NCBI GenBank assembly: GCA_034530875.2 | Contig: JAVRCJ020000012.1 | Span: forward strand, 128,001 to 192,000 | Direction: 5' to 3' | DNA length: 64,000 nt | From: Nostoc sp. DedSLP01 | Lineage (GTDB): Bacteria > Cyanobacteriota > Cyanobacteriia > Cyanobacteriales > Nostocaceae | In this document: positions 19,133 to 31,300 of the stretch, piece after piece | Layout of the letters: each line of letters opens with the position of its first letter | Position numbering within the stretch: the first letter of the stretch is position 1 | Translations under genes and position numbers: made by a program | The notes under the pieces: model-generated | The model's input: the letters and a program-made list of their open reading frames with translations, nothing else | Told to the model about the DNA's origin: nothing | Databases searched by the model: none

Positions 19133-21469
19133 TTAAACAACGACAAAATTATCTTTGTTTAATGTCACTTCACCAAAGAACTGTGCAAGTTGTACCTGAG
19201 TAAACCCACCGGCACTGCCATCACGGTCAAAGTATAACGCACCTGTACTAGCGTTATAGATAAATCTCTGAGCGCTCGTTGTTGCAGATGTTCCCAGGGT
19301 AAACTGATTAGCTGCAAGCGAACCTATTGATAACCCTCCACCAAAACCAGCAGCCGATACCTGAATCTTTTCGTTAGTCGGGTTAAAGTTATAAATGCGA
19401 TCGCTACCTTCATTGAAACTATTGAAAACAAAGGTATCAATACCAGTTCCTCCATAAAGGGTATCATCACCGTTGCCACCTATGAGGACGTTCTTACCAG
19501 AGGCGAAATCGGCATTGATGTAATCATTACCATTGCCACCATCGAGGGTGTTATTTCCTGAGGTAGTAGAGCCGGACATCTCGTAAACATACTCCTCAAC
19601 TGAGGCAGAGAGATAATCATTGCCGTCCCCTCCAGAGAGAAGGTTATCGCCTGTTGAGAAAATAACACTCAAGTGATCGTTGCCAGTACCACCGTTGAGG
19701 GTATTATTACCGGAGGTAGTATAGGTAGAGACAGAAGCTGGATAATCATAAGTAAAAGCGGTAAAAGCAAAAACAGAATCATCGCCATCGCCACCATTGA
19801 GTAGGTTATCGCCTGTTGACGAATTGGCATCCAAGGTATCGTTACCAGCACCACCATTGAGGGTATTATCGCCATCTGAAAAGATAACAAATAATTCATC
19901 GCTACCAATACCACCAACAAGAGAGTTATTGCCAGTAACATCAGTGAGCTGGTCATCCCCCACACCACCAATGAGAGTATCGCTTCCCGCACCGCCTCTC
20001 AAAAGGTCGTCGCCACTTAGCCCATCGATTTTGTCATTACCCCCTTGACCATTGATGACATCATCTGAAGCGTCAAAGCCGTTAACATTGTTGTTCAGGG
20101 CGTTAAGGAAGGTGACTGTGTTCTTGTTGGAGAGGGTGCTTTGGGTGGAGTTGGCATCAAAAACATCAAAGCTGTCCGTGATGCTGCTTTGCCCATAAAA
20201 CAGAATATTGCCGACCTGGGGTGAATTGTCTAGGTTTTCCAGGGCAAAGTTTTGCAGGATTACTTTATCCTTCTGGAAAGCCCCAAAGGTGATTTCTAAG
20301 TTGTTACCATTTTGAGTTAATTGCAGATTTCTTGCAGTTTGCTCAGATCCTCTAAATTGCAAGGTATCCAACGAGCCGAGGGTTGCAGCTGATGGGTTTG
20401 AGCCTTTACCAATACCACCGAAATCGGTAATAGTAGTAACAGTGCTTGTAAAACCAAAACCCAGAACAAATTTATCCTTGCCGCCGCCACCAGTTAATAT
20501 TTTATTTTTGTCACTCCAGAAAAAATTGTCCGATTCACTATAGAAAATATCGTTACCAGCGCCACCGTTGAGGGTGCTATTACCCGTAGCGCCAGAGGCA
20601 CTAAGAGTATCATTACCATCGCCTCCAAGCAGTAGGTTATCGCTTGATGAATAGTCAATATTTAAGTAATCATCACCAGCACCACTATTGAGGGTGTTAT
20701 TACCCTTAGCGGCAAAGGCACTGAGAGTATCATTACCATCGCCACCAACGAGACTATCGCTCCCGTCACCAGCAACGAGAGTATCATTCCCCGCACCACC
20801 AATGAGAGTGTCATTCCCTGCACCACCACGCAGCAGGTCGTTGCCACTTAACCCATCGATTTTGTCATTACCCCCTTGAGCATTGATGACATCATTTGAG
20901 TTGTCAAAGCCAATAATATTGTTATTCAGGTCGTTAAAGAAGGTGACTGTATTCTTACGGGACGGCTTTTGTTGGGTAGATTTGGCATCGAGAACATCAA
21001 ACCTGTCGGTAATGCTGGTTTGTCCGTTAAACAGGATATTGCCTACCGTTGACAGGTTATCTAGGTTTTCTAGAGTAAAGTTTTGCAGGATAATTTTGCC
21101 GGAATCTACCCCTTCAAAGCTAATTTCCAGATTTTTACCATTCTGGGCGAGTAGCAGATTTTGAGCAGTTAAGTTACTGCCTTGAAATATCAGGGTATCA
21201 ACTTCGGCAATGACTGCTGCCAAAGGATTTAAGGCTTTACCTACGCCACGAAAGTCTGTGATGATATTAGTCTGGCTGAAGTTGAAAAACGATGAGTTGT
21301 AAACAAATTTATCCTTACCACCGCCACCAGTTAGAGTATCCTGAGCTTGATAAGATTCGGTGTAGTTGTAAGGTGCGATCGTATCGTTCCCGGCCTTACC
21401 GTTAATTTTGTCGGCCTCGGAGGTGCCCACAAGGGTATCATTACCGTTGGTTCCAGTGATATTTGCCAT
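19133..21469 (-). CDS. RTX/hemolysin-type calcium-binding repeat protein
   Basis: Many GGxGxDxL nonapeptides, an internal duplicated module, and a C-terminal 'FIYNASTGALYFDRDG' typical of type I secreted proteins. Confidence 0.9.
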   Translation of the reverse strand: MANITGTNGNDTLVGTSEADKINGKAGNDTIAPYNYTESYQAQDTLTGGGGKDKFVYNSSFFNFSQTNIITDFRGVGKALNPLAAVIAEVDTLIFQGSNLTAQNLLLAQNGKNLEISFEGVDSGKIILQNFTLENLDNLSTVGNILFNGQTSITDRFDVLDAKSTQQKPSRKNTVTFFNDLNNNIIGFDNSNDVINAQGGNDKIDGLSGNDLLRGGAGNDTLIGGAGNDTLVAGDGSDSLVGGDGNDTLSAFAAKGNNTLNSGAGDDYLNIDYSSSDNLLLGGDGNDTLSASGATGNSTLNGGAGNDIFYSESDNFFWSDKNKILTGGGGKDKFVLGFGFTSTVTTITDFGGIGKGSNPSAATLGSLDTLQFRGSEQTARNLQLTQNGNNLEITFGAFQKDKVILQNFALENLDNSPQVGNILFYGQSSITDSFDVFDANSTQSTLSNKNTVTFLNALNNNVNGFDASDDVINGQGGNDKIDGLSGDDLLRGGAGSDTLIGGVGDDQLTDVTGNNSLVGGIGSDELFVIFSDGDNTLNGGAGNDTLDANSSTGDNLLNGGDGDDSVFAFTAFTYDYPASVSTYTTSGNNTLNGGTGNDHLSVIFSTGDNLLSGGDGNDYLSASVEEYVYEMSGSTTSGNNTLDGGNGNDYINADFASGKNVLIGGNGDDTLYGGTGIDTFVFNSFNEGSDRIYNFNPTNEKIQVSAAGFGGGLSIGSLAANQFTLGTSATTSAQRFIYNASTGALYFDRDGSAGGFTQVQLAQFFGEVTLNKDNFVVV

Positions 21470-22096
21470 AACTTTTACTTACTTGAATTGGTATTTGGTT
21501 TAATTTTCAGTTCTCAGTTTCTAATTAGTGCTATTTGAGGGAATCAAGAATTCACCACAAGTTGAAGGTTGAGGAATATTTAAATCTCACCCTTGAGGAT
21601 TAGCAATTTTTTGGAGAATGACTTTTTGATTGCTTGAGAAATATTACTAATGCAAGTTTTTGGGAATATCTAAGTCTTAGGCACTGTACAAATTTACAAC
21701 GTTTGCATTGAGCAAATAAGTCGTTTTCGGCTTTTTTTCACCATCTTTTGATTAGTCAAAAATGGACAAAAGCATCGAATAATTAGCTCGAATGTTTTAA
21801 AGCCACACTAGAGCGTTTGGCTTTTGCCAGTGTCTAAGCCTTACTAACTTGAAAATAGGGAACACTTCACTGTTGATAAGAAAAGATATCCTGATATCCC
21901 ACAGTGGGAATATTATCTGTAAGTATATATATTGATAATGCAGAATATCTAAATAACCTAACAGTAATCATATACTACATATCAATTTGGATGTCTATGT
22001 TGCAACAGACATCTTTGCATATTCTTTATATTCTTTCCCAAGTAATGTATATATTAAATCTGAATTTGATTTGTTCTTTACAATTTTAGATTTTAT

Positions 22097-22229
22097 ATAT
22101 AGAAATCCGGTTTGATTTGGAGAATTTATTTGTGTAAACAGGGAGTAGGGAATGGGGAGTAGGGAGTAGGACAGAAGCCTTGTCTGGATGTACTGATTTT
22201 TTTCACGCAATCAAATGTGAGTTCTATAA
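22097..22229. mobile_element. MITE-like element, copy A
   Basis: Ends tatagaaatccggtttgattt ... aatcaaatgtgagttctata; closely related to 23731-23860; contains agggagt heptamers. Confidence 0.6.
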
Positions 22230-22493
22230 GATTCATATTTGATTTGGTGAAATACACGTAGGGAGTCAGTCGTGTGGGCGGGTTTTCCGACTTGAACGTT
22301 AGCGAAGCGGTAGCGACGGAGGAGCGTCACTGGCATTGCGTTACGCCTGAGGGTACGGCATCAGTTAACGATTTAGGTGCGTTAGGCTATGCCATAACAC
22401 AACGCCAGTTGCTACAACGGAGGTAACCTCCGCAACGCACTGGCTCCCCTACAGATACTTAAATTTTTTCAGAAATCAAATCGGATTCCTATA
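22226..22493. mobile_element. MITE-like element of the same terminal-repeat family, carrying nested small repeats
   Basis: Ends tataagattcatatttgattt ... aaatcaaatcggattcctata; includes the dispersed repeat at 22403-22445. Confidence 0.55.
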
Positions 22494-22529
22494 TCGGGTA
22501 AGAAGGAATTGTTGGTCAAGTTGAAAAGT

Positions 22530-23114
22530 TTAATTGAGTTTCAGCAATATTTTTGTTAAGCCAGCGCCTAACTGTTCGATAGATTCTTGCTGTTTGGGAT
22601 CTTTTAATGTGCCATCAGGGTTGAAGGCTTCATAAGCTTTGGATATGGCTATTTGGTCGGGAAGCACCAAAACTTTAATATTTCCCAAAATAGAACGCAG
22701 GTGAACCAACCCCCGCAAACCACCAAGGCCGCCTGGGGAAGCGCTCATAATTGTAGCAACTTTACCTGCAAAAGCAGTCAAGGCCAAAGGAGCTTCATTT
22801 GGAGATGGGCGAGATGCCCAATCAATGGCGTTCTTTAAAACTGCTGTGAGCGAACTGTTATACTCAGGCGAAGCAATCAGAAATCCTTGATGAGAAATCA
22901 TTAAATCTTTTAATGTGCGGGCATTGGCGGGTAGTCCTTCTTGAGCTTCTAAATCTTCATCAAACAGAGGTAAGGGCAAATCGCGTAAGTCTAAATAAGT
23001 CACTTCGGCGCCTGCTGCTTTAGCACCAGCTGCCGCAATTTTTACTAATTTTTTGTTGTAAGAATCTATACGGGTGCTACCCGCAAAGGCTAGGATTTTA
23101 GGTGTAGATGCCAT
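22530..23114 (-). CDS. NAD(P)H-dependent FMN reductase
   Basis: GSTRIDSYN, ASPEYNSS, LKNAIDWASR and SASPGGLGGLR flavodoxin-like motifs. Confidence 0.92.
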   Translation of the reverse strand: MASTPKILAFAGSTRIDSYNKKLVKIAAAGAKAAGAEVTYLDLRDLPLPLFDEDLEAQEGLPANARTLKDLMISHQGFLIASPEYNSSLTAVLKNAIDWASRPSPNEAPLALTAFAGKVATIMSASPGGLGGLRGLVHLRSILGNIKVLVLPDQIAISKAYEAFNPDGTLKDPKQQESIEQLGAGLTKILLKLN

Positions 23115-23236
23115 AAGTATCAGTTATTAGTTATCGATTACTAGTGTTTACTGATGACTGTTCGCTAGTTTAGCTGCATTATCCTGTTTTCAGGCGATCG
23201 CTTTTTCATACCTTTAGGTTTTCTTTACACATTATT

Positions 23237-23725
23237 ATGGCGAATTGGTCAGATTCTTATCTCGGCAAGTTGCGGCAAGTTGTTGGCAACCGCCTACTGA
23301 TGTTATGTGGTACGCGGGTGATTGTGGAGGATGATTTGGGGCGCGTTCTGTTGCAAAAGCGAAGTGATTTCAAACTTTGGGGACTACCTGGTGGCTGTCC
23401 TGAAGAAGGCGAATCTATCGAACAATGTGGGGTAAGAGAAGTGTTTGAAGAAACAGGTTTAACAGTTAAGCGTTTGCAAGCTGTGGCATTTTCTTCTAAC
23501 CCAGAGTTTGAAACTGTAACTTATCCTAACGGCGATCGCGTGCAAAACTTCATTTTGATTTTGCGAGCTATTGAATGGGAAGGTAGCTTAGCTTGTCTAG
23601 ATGGAGAATCTTTGGCGTTAGAATTTTTTGATTTGGCGAATTTGCCTACATTAATGCCAAACGATCGCCCCGTTTTGCAAAACTTTCAGGAATACAAGAA
23701 AACTGGCGAATTTCTGTTATTTTAA
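23237..23725 (+). CDS. NUDIX hydrolase
   Basis: Nudix box GGCPEEGESIEQCGVREVFEETGL. Confidence 0.92.
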   Translation: MANWSDSYLGKLRQVVGNRLLMLCGTRVIVEDDLGRVLLQKRSDFKLWGLPGGCPEEGESIEQCGVREVFEETGLTVKRLQAVAFSSNPEFETVTYPNGDRVQNFILILRAIEWEGSLACLDGESLALEFFDLANLPTLMPNDRPVLQNFQEYKKTGEFLLF

Positions 23726-23730
23726 AAATC

Positions 23731-23860
23731 TATATAAATTTGGTTTGATTACTGAAATTATTTGTGTAGGCAGGGAGTAGGGAATGGGGAGTAGGGAGTG
23801 GAAAAGAAGCCTTGTTTGGGCGTACTGATGCTTTTTCACCAAATCAAATATGAGTCCTAT
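23731..23860. mobile_element. MITE-like element, copy B
   Basis: Aligns along its length with 22097-22229 (ggtttgatt...tgtgta...cagggagtagggaatggggagtagggagt...agaagccttgt...gtactgat...aatcaaat.tgagt.ctat). Confidence 0.6.
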
Positions 23861-23874
23861 GGTCGGCTTCCTCA

Positions 23875-24000
23875 CCCGCCTAGAATTAAAGTTCAAGGCT
23901 AATAGCTCAAGTCTACTTCAGTAGACTAAAAACTTTTAAAAAAATTGAGTCATCTTTAGATGACTTTTGCTATGAGCAAGGAACTTCAGTTCTTTGCGGG
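23875..24000. repeat. Multi-hairpin palindromic dispersed element
   Basis: Termini cccgc...gcggg; internal hairpins agtctac/gtagact, agtcatc/gatgact and gaact/agttc. Confidence 0.5.
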
Positions 24001-24069
24001 ACATCGGTTTTACGTTAAGTTGACACCAATGAAAGATGTACTACCTTACTATGATTTATTTTTCAAAAG

Positions 24070-25050
24070 TCAAATCTTTTGTTTGGTCTTTTCCAACAAC
24101 TTAACGCTGGCGTAGATGGCGTCAATATGAGGTGTGGGAATTTGAGTGAGTTTTCCCAATTCTTGAACTGCGCCGACAATTGCATCTATCTCCGTGGGGC
24201 GTCCGGCTTCAATATCTTGTAACATCGAGGTTTTATGAGCGCCGACGTTTTCTGCTCCATTAATTCGCTGTTCCAAAGTAATGCCAAATTTTATACCCAA
24301 TTTTTCAGCGATCGCCTGGGCTTCAGTCATCATTTGCCGCGCTAGTTCGCGGGTGAGAGGATAGCGACAAATATCTTCTAAAGTCGCACCAGTCAAGGCA
24401 CTAATGGGATTAAACGCTACATTTCCCCACAATTTAATCCAGATTTCAGTGCGAATTTGATTGCGGATTGGGGCTTTAAATCCAGCTTGTTTGAGAGTTT
24501 GGGCTAATAGTTGGATGCGATCGCTTTTACTTCCATCGATTTCACCAAGAGTAAAGCGATCGCCTTCAATATGCCTAATGACACCTGGTTCAACTATTTC
24601 AGTTGCCGGGTAAACAACGCAACCAATAGCGCGGTCAACACTGATACCAGCTTCCACGGTTCCCTCTGGGTCAACAGATTGAATGCGCGTTCCTTCATAG
24701 TCGCCGCCATGCCGCCGAAAGTACCACCAGGGAATACCATTTTGGGCTGTGACTACCATTGTCTCAGAGTTGTAGAGGGCAGCCAGAGAAGGTGCGATCG
24801 CTGGGACGCTATGAGCTTTCACAGTTAAAATTACTACATCCTGTTGTCCTGCTTCCTGGATATTACTACTTGCCAAAGCTGGAATAGCAATTTGGTTAGA
24901 ACCGTCTGCCCCGATCAGTTTCAGACCATTTTCTTTAATTGCTTCCAGATGAGAACCACGAGCAATCAGCGTCACTGTTTCACCAGCCAGTGCTAATTTT
25001 GCTCCTAGATATCCACCGATGGCGCCTGCACCAACAATACAAATTTTCAT
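24070..25050 (-). CDS. 2-dehydropantoate 2-reductase family (PanE/ApbA-like)
   Basis: GAGAIG Rossmann motif, AQNGIPWW, WIKLWGN and KTSMLQDIEAGRPTEID. Confidence 0.88.
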   Translation of the reverse strand: MKICIVGAGAIGGYLGAKLALAGETVTLIARGSHLEAIKENGLKLIGADGSNQIAIPALASSNIQEAGQQDVVILTVKAHSVPAIAPSLAALYNSETMVVTAQNGIPWWYFRRHGGDYEGTRIQSVDPEGTVEAGISVDRAIGCVVYPATEIVEPGVIRHIEGDRFTLGEIDGSKSDRIQLLAQTLKQAGFKAPIRNQIRTEIWIKLWGNVAFNPISALTGATLEDICRYPLTRELARQMMTEAQAIAEKLGIKFGITLEQRINGAENVGAHKTSMLQDIEAGRPTEIDAIVGAVQELGKLTQIPTPHIDAIYASVKLLEKTKQKI

Positions 25051-25388
25051 TTTCTCAAAAGAATATCGTTTATCGAAACAATCGGGTCTAAAACCGTACT
25101 TCGTCCAAAGTTTTTCGAATAGGGTATAAATCCTCGTTACAAAAACGGCCTCCTGCCTTCGTTAACACTATTACTAACAGGAGCATACTTACTTAATAAG
25201 TACTATTGCTAAAACTTGCCTCAGAACTTGATTTTACCGAAAATAGGAGGAATTTGGGTTGACACTAACAGGGGCTAGATGCATTAAATGCATTCGCCCA
25301 AAATCTCAATCAATCTGAGTTAGACCAAGCTTCTATTTGGGCAAACTAATTGAAATAAATCAGCTGATTTCACAAGAGTCGATCGAAC

Positions 25389-28300
25389 ATGAATACAGCA
25401 ATTGAGCCAATCGCCAAGCTTCTAAACTATGATATTACCGAGGAACTTTATACAAGCTTTAGAACGCTGGTTTACCGCGCAATTCGAGAAGACGATCGGC
25501 TGCCGGTGATTATTAAAGTGCTTCACCAGGAGTATCCCACCTTCAGCGAACTCCTCCAGTTCCGCAATCAGTATACTATTGCCAAAAATCTCGACCTCCC
25601 AAGTATTGTTCGCCCCTACAGTTTAGAACCCTACCGCAATAGCTATGCTTTGGTAATGGAGGATTTCGGCGGTATCTCCCTGAGAGAATGGATGAAGACA
25701 GCAATGGAGGGTAATCCAGATTACTTGGGATTTTTAGATATTGCGATCGCTTTGAGTGAAATTTTGGATGGACTTTATCGCCATCGGGTAATCCACAAAG
25801 ACATCAAGCCTGCGAACATTCTCATCAATCCACAGACTAAGGAAGTCAAATTAATAGATTTTAGTATTGCTTCGCTTTTGCCTAGAGAAAGCCAAGAAAT
25901 TCAAAATCCCAATGTCCTAGAAGGTACTTTGGTTTACCTTTCCCCCGAACAAACCGGACGGATGAATCGCTCAATTGATTACCGCAGCGATTACTATTCG
26001 CTAGGGATTACATTTTATGAATTGCTAACTGGACAGCTACCTTTTGAATCTAACGATCTGATGGAGTTGGTTCACTGTCACATTGCCAAGCAACCGCCTA
26101 TATTGGGCAGTGGACAGGGGGGAGAGATTCCTCAAGCTTTGTGCGATATTGTGATGAAACTGATGGCGAAAAATGCCGAACAGCGCTATCAGAGTGCATT
26201 AGGGCTGAAACACGATTTAGAAGTTTGTCGGCGTCAGCTGATAGAAACTGGGCAAATTGAAACATTTGAATTAGGTAAGCGGGATATTTGCGATCGCTTT
26301 ATTATTCCGGAAAAACTCTACGGTCGCCAAGCTGAAGTTGAAACTTTACTCGATGGGTTTGAGAGAGTCAGCCAAGGTAACACTGAAATTATGCTGGTGG
26401 CGGGCTTTTCTGGAATTGGCAAAACTGCTGTGGTTAATGAAGTCCACAAGCCAATTGTCCGCCAACGGGGTTATTTTATTAAAGGTAAATTTGACCAGTT
26501 CCAGCGCAACATCCCTTTCTCTGCTTTTGTGCAAGCCTTTCGAGACTTGATGACACAACTTTTGAGTGAAAGTGACGCCCAACTCGAACAGTGGAAATCC
26601 AAGGTTCTCAAAGCCTTGGGTGAAAACGGACAAGTGATGATTGAGGTAATTCCAGAACTGGAAAGTCTGATTGGCAAACAGCCTCCAGCGCCAGAACTCT
26701 CAGCAAGTGCAGCCCAAAATCGCTTCAATTTGCTGTTCTTAAAGTTCACCCAAGTGTTCGCTGCACCAGAACATCCGTTGGTAATTTTCATTGATGACCT
26801 GCAATGGGCGGATTCTGCTTCTTTAAAGTTAATGCAGTTGTTGATGAGCGAAGCTGAAATTGGCTATTTACTGTTAATTGGTGCGTATCGGGATAACGAA
26901 GTCAATCCCGCACATCCGCTGTTACTGACTTTAGATGAAATTCAAAAGATAGGCGCTACAGTCAATACAATTACTTTAGCTGCTCTCGAGCGACTGTCCG
27001 TCAATCATTTGGTTGCAGACACTTTGAGTTGTTCTTTAGAATTGGCAGCACCATTGGCAGACTTGGTATTAGCCAAAACTAAAGGTAATCCTTTCTTCTG
27101 CACGCAATTTCTCAAAGCGTTACATCAAGACCGATTAATTACCTTTAACCCCTCTCAGTCCCACGCCAGTTGCTACAACGGGGGAGACCCCCGCAAAGCA
27201 CTGGCTCCCCTTGGTAAGGGGGGAAGTCCAGGGGGGTGGGAATGCGATCTGGTTCAGGTGCGATCGCTTGCTCTCAGTGATGATGTCGTAGAGTTTATGG
27301 CAATTCAATTACAAAAGTTGCCAAAGCAAACTCAAGAAGTTTTGAAATTAGCCGCTTGTGTCGGCAACCAATTTGATTTGACGACATTGGCGATCGTTCA
27401 TGAAAAATCAGAGGTAGAAACAGCCGCAACTTTTTGGAAAGCCGTGCAAGATGGGTTAATTATTCCCATCAATGAGGTGTACAAATTCTACCAAGAAGAA
27501 TCTGAATTCAAAACTCAAAATTCAAAAACTCGCATTCACAATTATGCTAATTGTTCTTACAAATTTCTCCACGATCGCGTCCAGCAAGCGGCTTATTCGC
27601 TAATTCCTGAATCTCAAAAGCAAGCTACTCATTTAAAAATTGGTCAGTTGTTATTAAAAAGCACGCCAATTGAAGCAATTGAAGCCAATATTTTTGATAT
27701 TGTTAATCAGTTAAATCAGGGAATTGACATTATCGAAGAACAATCTCAAAGATACGAACTGGCTGAACTGAATTTAATTGCAGGCAAAAAAGCAAAAGCT
27801 TCTACTGCTTATAAGGCAGCGGTAAAATATTTCACTTTAGGTCGAGAATTGCTAACAGCAGACAGTTGGGATACTCATTATCAACTTACCTTCAAATTAT
27901 ATAGAGAAGCTGGAGAATGTGAATATTTAATTGGTAATTTTAACCAAACAGAAAAACTATTTGAAATTGCTTTAGAACGCAGTCAAGATAAATTCCACCA
28001 GGCAGAGATCTACGGTATTCAGATGTACCTGAAAATGACTCAGGGTGAAAATATCGAAGCTGGCTTCACCTGCGGTCTTAAAGGTTTGAGCATCATGGGG
28101 ATGGATCTACCTGTTACTGCCCAAGAACAGGAAGCTGCCATTGAAACTCAACTTAAAGAATTAAAAGCTAAACTCTTAGGGATTCGTCCGGCAGATTTAT
28201 TTGATTTGCCTGATATGACAGATCCAATAAAAAAGGTTTGCATGAGTCTTTTAGCTGACCTTTGGGCAGCTGCTTACATGGGAGGACATCAAAACCTGAG

Positions 28301-31300
28301 TTCTCTGATTCCTCTATTAATGATTAATCTATCCTTGAGTTATGGTAATGCCGAAAGCTCTGGTTTTGCCTACTGTTTGTATGGAATGAGTCTAGCAAAC
28401 CAAGGAGATTATCAAACTGCATATCAGTTTGGTAAGTTAGCAATGAAACTCGATCGCCACTTCAATAGCACTCAATTTATTCCCAAGACTAATAATATTT
28501 TTGCACACACAGTTAATCCATATAACCAACATCTAAAAACTAATTTACCGATATCTGGTCAATCATTCCAAGTAGCTCAAGAAACTGGTAATTTGGTGTT
28601 TGGTGTTTGGGCTGTTTCATTTTATATTTGGGCGATGTTAATTAAAGGCGATCGCCTATCAGATGTATATACCGAAACTGAGAAATATCTCAGTTACGTC
28701 CAACAAGTTAATGATGCCAATATGCTGTATGCATTTAGTTTACAGCGGCAGTTTTTACTGAGCTTACAAGGCATCTCTAAAAATACCGATTTCTTAGATA
28801 ATCACAATGACCGAGATATTCCTTATATAGAAGTTTGGAGACAAAAGCATAACTTTGAACATGGAATTAATTGGTACTGTTTTCTGAAAATCCAATTATC
28901 CTACCTTTATGGCCGCTATACCGATGCACTGGATGCGGCACAAGAAGCTCAAGAAACTCTCCCTGCTAATTCTGGTTTCTTCCCAATTATTCAATATCAT
29001 TTCTATTATCCACTCGCTTTAGCAGCAGTTTATCCCAATGCGACATCAAATGAGAAAAAGCAGTATTGGGAAATTATGCAACAACAACAACAAATTCAGA
29101 AAAATTGGGCGCATAATTGCCCAAAAAACTTTCTGCATAGATATCTTTTATTATCTGCGGAAATGGCCAGAATTTCTGGCAAGTATATGAACGCAATTGA
29201 ATTATACGATTGCGCCATTGCCAAAGCTAAGAAAAACGAATACATCAACGAAGAAGCACTTGCTAACGAACTGGCAGCTAAGTTTTATTTAGAGTGGGGT
29301 AAAGAACGTATTGCCCAAGAGTATTTGATTAACGCTTATTATTGCTACGCTCGTTGGGATGCTAAAGCTAAAATTGATGACTTAGAACAGCGCTATCCCC
29401 AATTGTTAGCTCCGATTTTACAACAAACGCGCTCGCCCTTCGTACCCAGTCAAACAATAACTCCGGCTGATAGCTTGGGCTTGACTACCTTGCATCCAAG
29501 CATGAGCCAATCAGCAACATCTAGCAGTAATGTCTCGCTCATGCTAGACATGACAAGCGTTCTCAAAGCTTCTCAGACTCTCTCAAGTGAAATTGAACTA
29601 GAAAAATTACTCAGTAAACTACTTAAAGTAGCAATAGAAAATGCCGGAGCAGATAAATGTGCGTTGTTACTGCTCAAAGAAGATAAGTTAGTTGTTGAGG
29701 CGACTGCTGAAGTCGGGCAGCAATCAACAGTTCTCCAATCCATTCCCCTTGAAGAAAGCACAGACGTACCTCGTAGCCTGATTTACGCCGTCAAACGCAA
29801 CCTCAAACCTACAGTCATTGTTGATATAGCTATGTATGCGACGCTAATTGCCGATCCTTATATTATGCGTCAGCAACCCAAAAGCTTACTCTGTATGCCA
29901 ATTTTGCACCAAACTAAACTATTGGGGATTTTGTATTTAGAGAACAATCTGGCTACCGGGGCGTTTACTAGCGATCGCGTGGAAATCTTGAATCTATTAT
30001 GTACTCAAGTTGCAATCTCCTTAGAAAATGCTCGACTGTATCAACAGGCACAAACTACTTTAAAAAACCTTGGGCAAACCGAAGAATTTTTACGGTTAAT
30101 TATTGATAATATTCCCCAGTGTGTTTTCTGGAAAGACCGCAATAGCCTTTATTTAGGCTGTAATCGCAACTTTGCCGAGGCTTCGGGTGTAAAAACCCCT
30201 GAAAATGTTGTCGGTAAAACTGACTACGAGCTTTCTTGGACTCGTGAAGAGTCGGATTGGTATGTAAAATGCGATCGCCGGGTAATGGAGTCCGGACAAG
30301 CTGAACTCAACATTATTGAAACATTACAGCAACCAGACGGAAAACAAATCTGGATAAATACAAGCAAAATTCCGCTACGAGATAAAGATGGAAATGTTTT
30401 TGGCATCCTGGGCACGAGTGAAGATATCACTGCACGCCAGGAAGCAGAACATTTACTACAACAGCAAAAACAACAATTAGAACAAGCATTCCAAGAACTC
30501 CAAAGGATACAATTGCAATTAGTACAAAGTGAAAAAATGTCTGCCTTGGGAAATTTGGTAGCAGGTGTAGCTCATGAAATTAACAATCCCATTGGCTTTA
30601 TAGCAGGTAACATTGAACCAGCTAAAGATTATGTCAAAGATTTGTTTGGGTTAATTAATCTTTACCAAGAAAAATTTCCTCGTCCCGGTTCAGAAATTGA
30701 AGACGAAATCCATGCGATGGATTTAAATTATTTACGCGAAGATTTGCCTAAATTGCTGGATTCGATGAAATTGGGTGTTAGCCGTATTCGCGGTATCAGC
30801 AACAGTCTGCGAACCTTCTCTAGAGCAGATCAAGATTACAAAGTGCCCTTTGATATTCATGAAGGTATTGATAGCACTATTTTGATTTTGAGGCATCGTT
30901 TAAAAGCTAACGAAAACCGTCCCGGGATTGAAATAATTAAAGATTACGGCCAATTACCTTTAGTGGAATGCTTTGCCGGACAGCTAAATCAAGTGTTTAT
31001 GAACTTGTTAGCAAATGCCATTGATGCGCTTGAAGAATACAATTCCGGGCGGAGTTTAGAAGAAATTCTCGCTAACCCCAATTACATTAAGATTCAAACT
31101 GATATCGACGAATCAGGTAATAATGTTTTCATTAAGATTGCTGATAATGGCGTGGGAATGTCACCGGAGGTTCAGCAAAAAGTATTCGACCATCTTTTTA
31201 CTACTAAACCAGTAGGCAAAGGTACTGGATTGGGATTAGCGATCGCTCGTCAAATTATAGTAGAAGGACATGGCGGTTCGCTCTCGTGTACTTCCGAATA

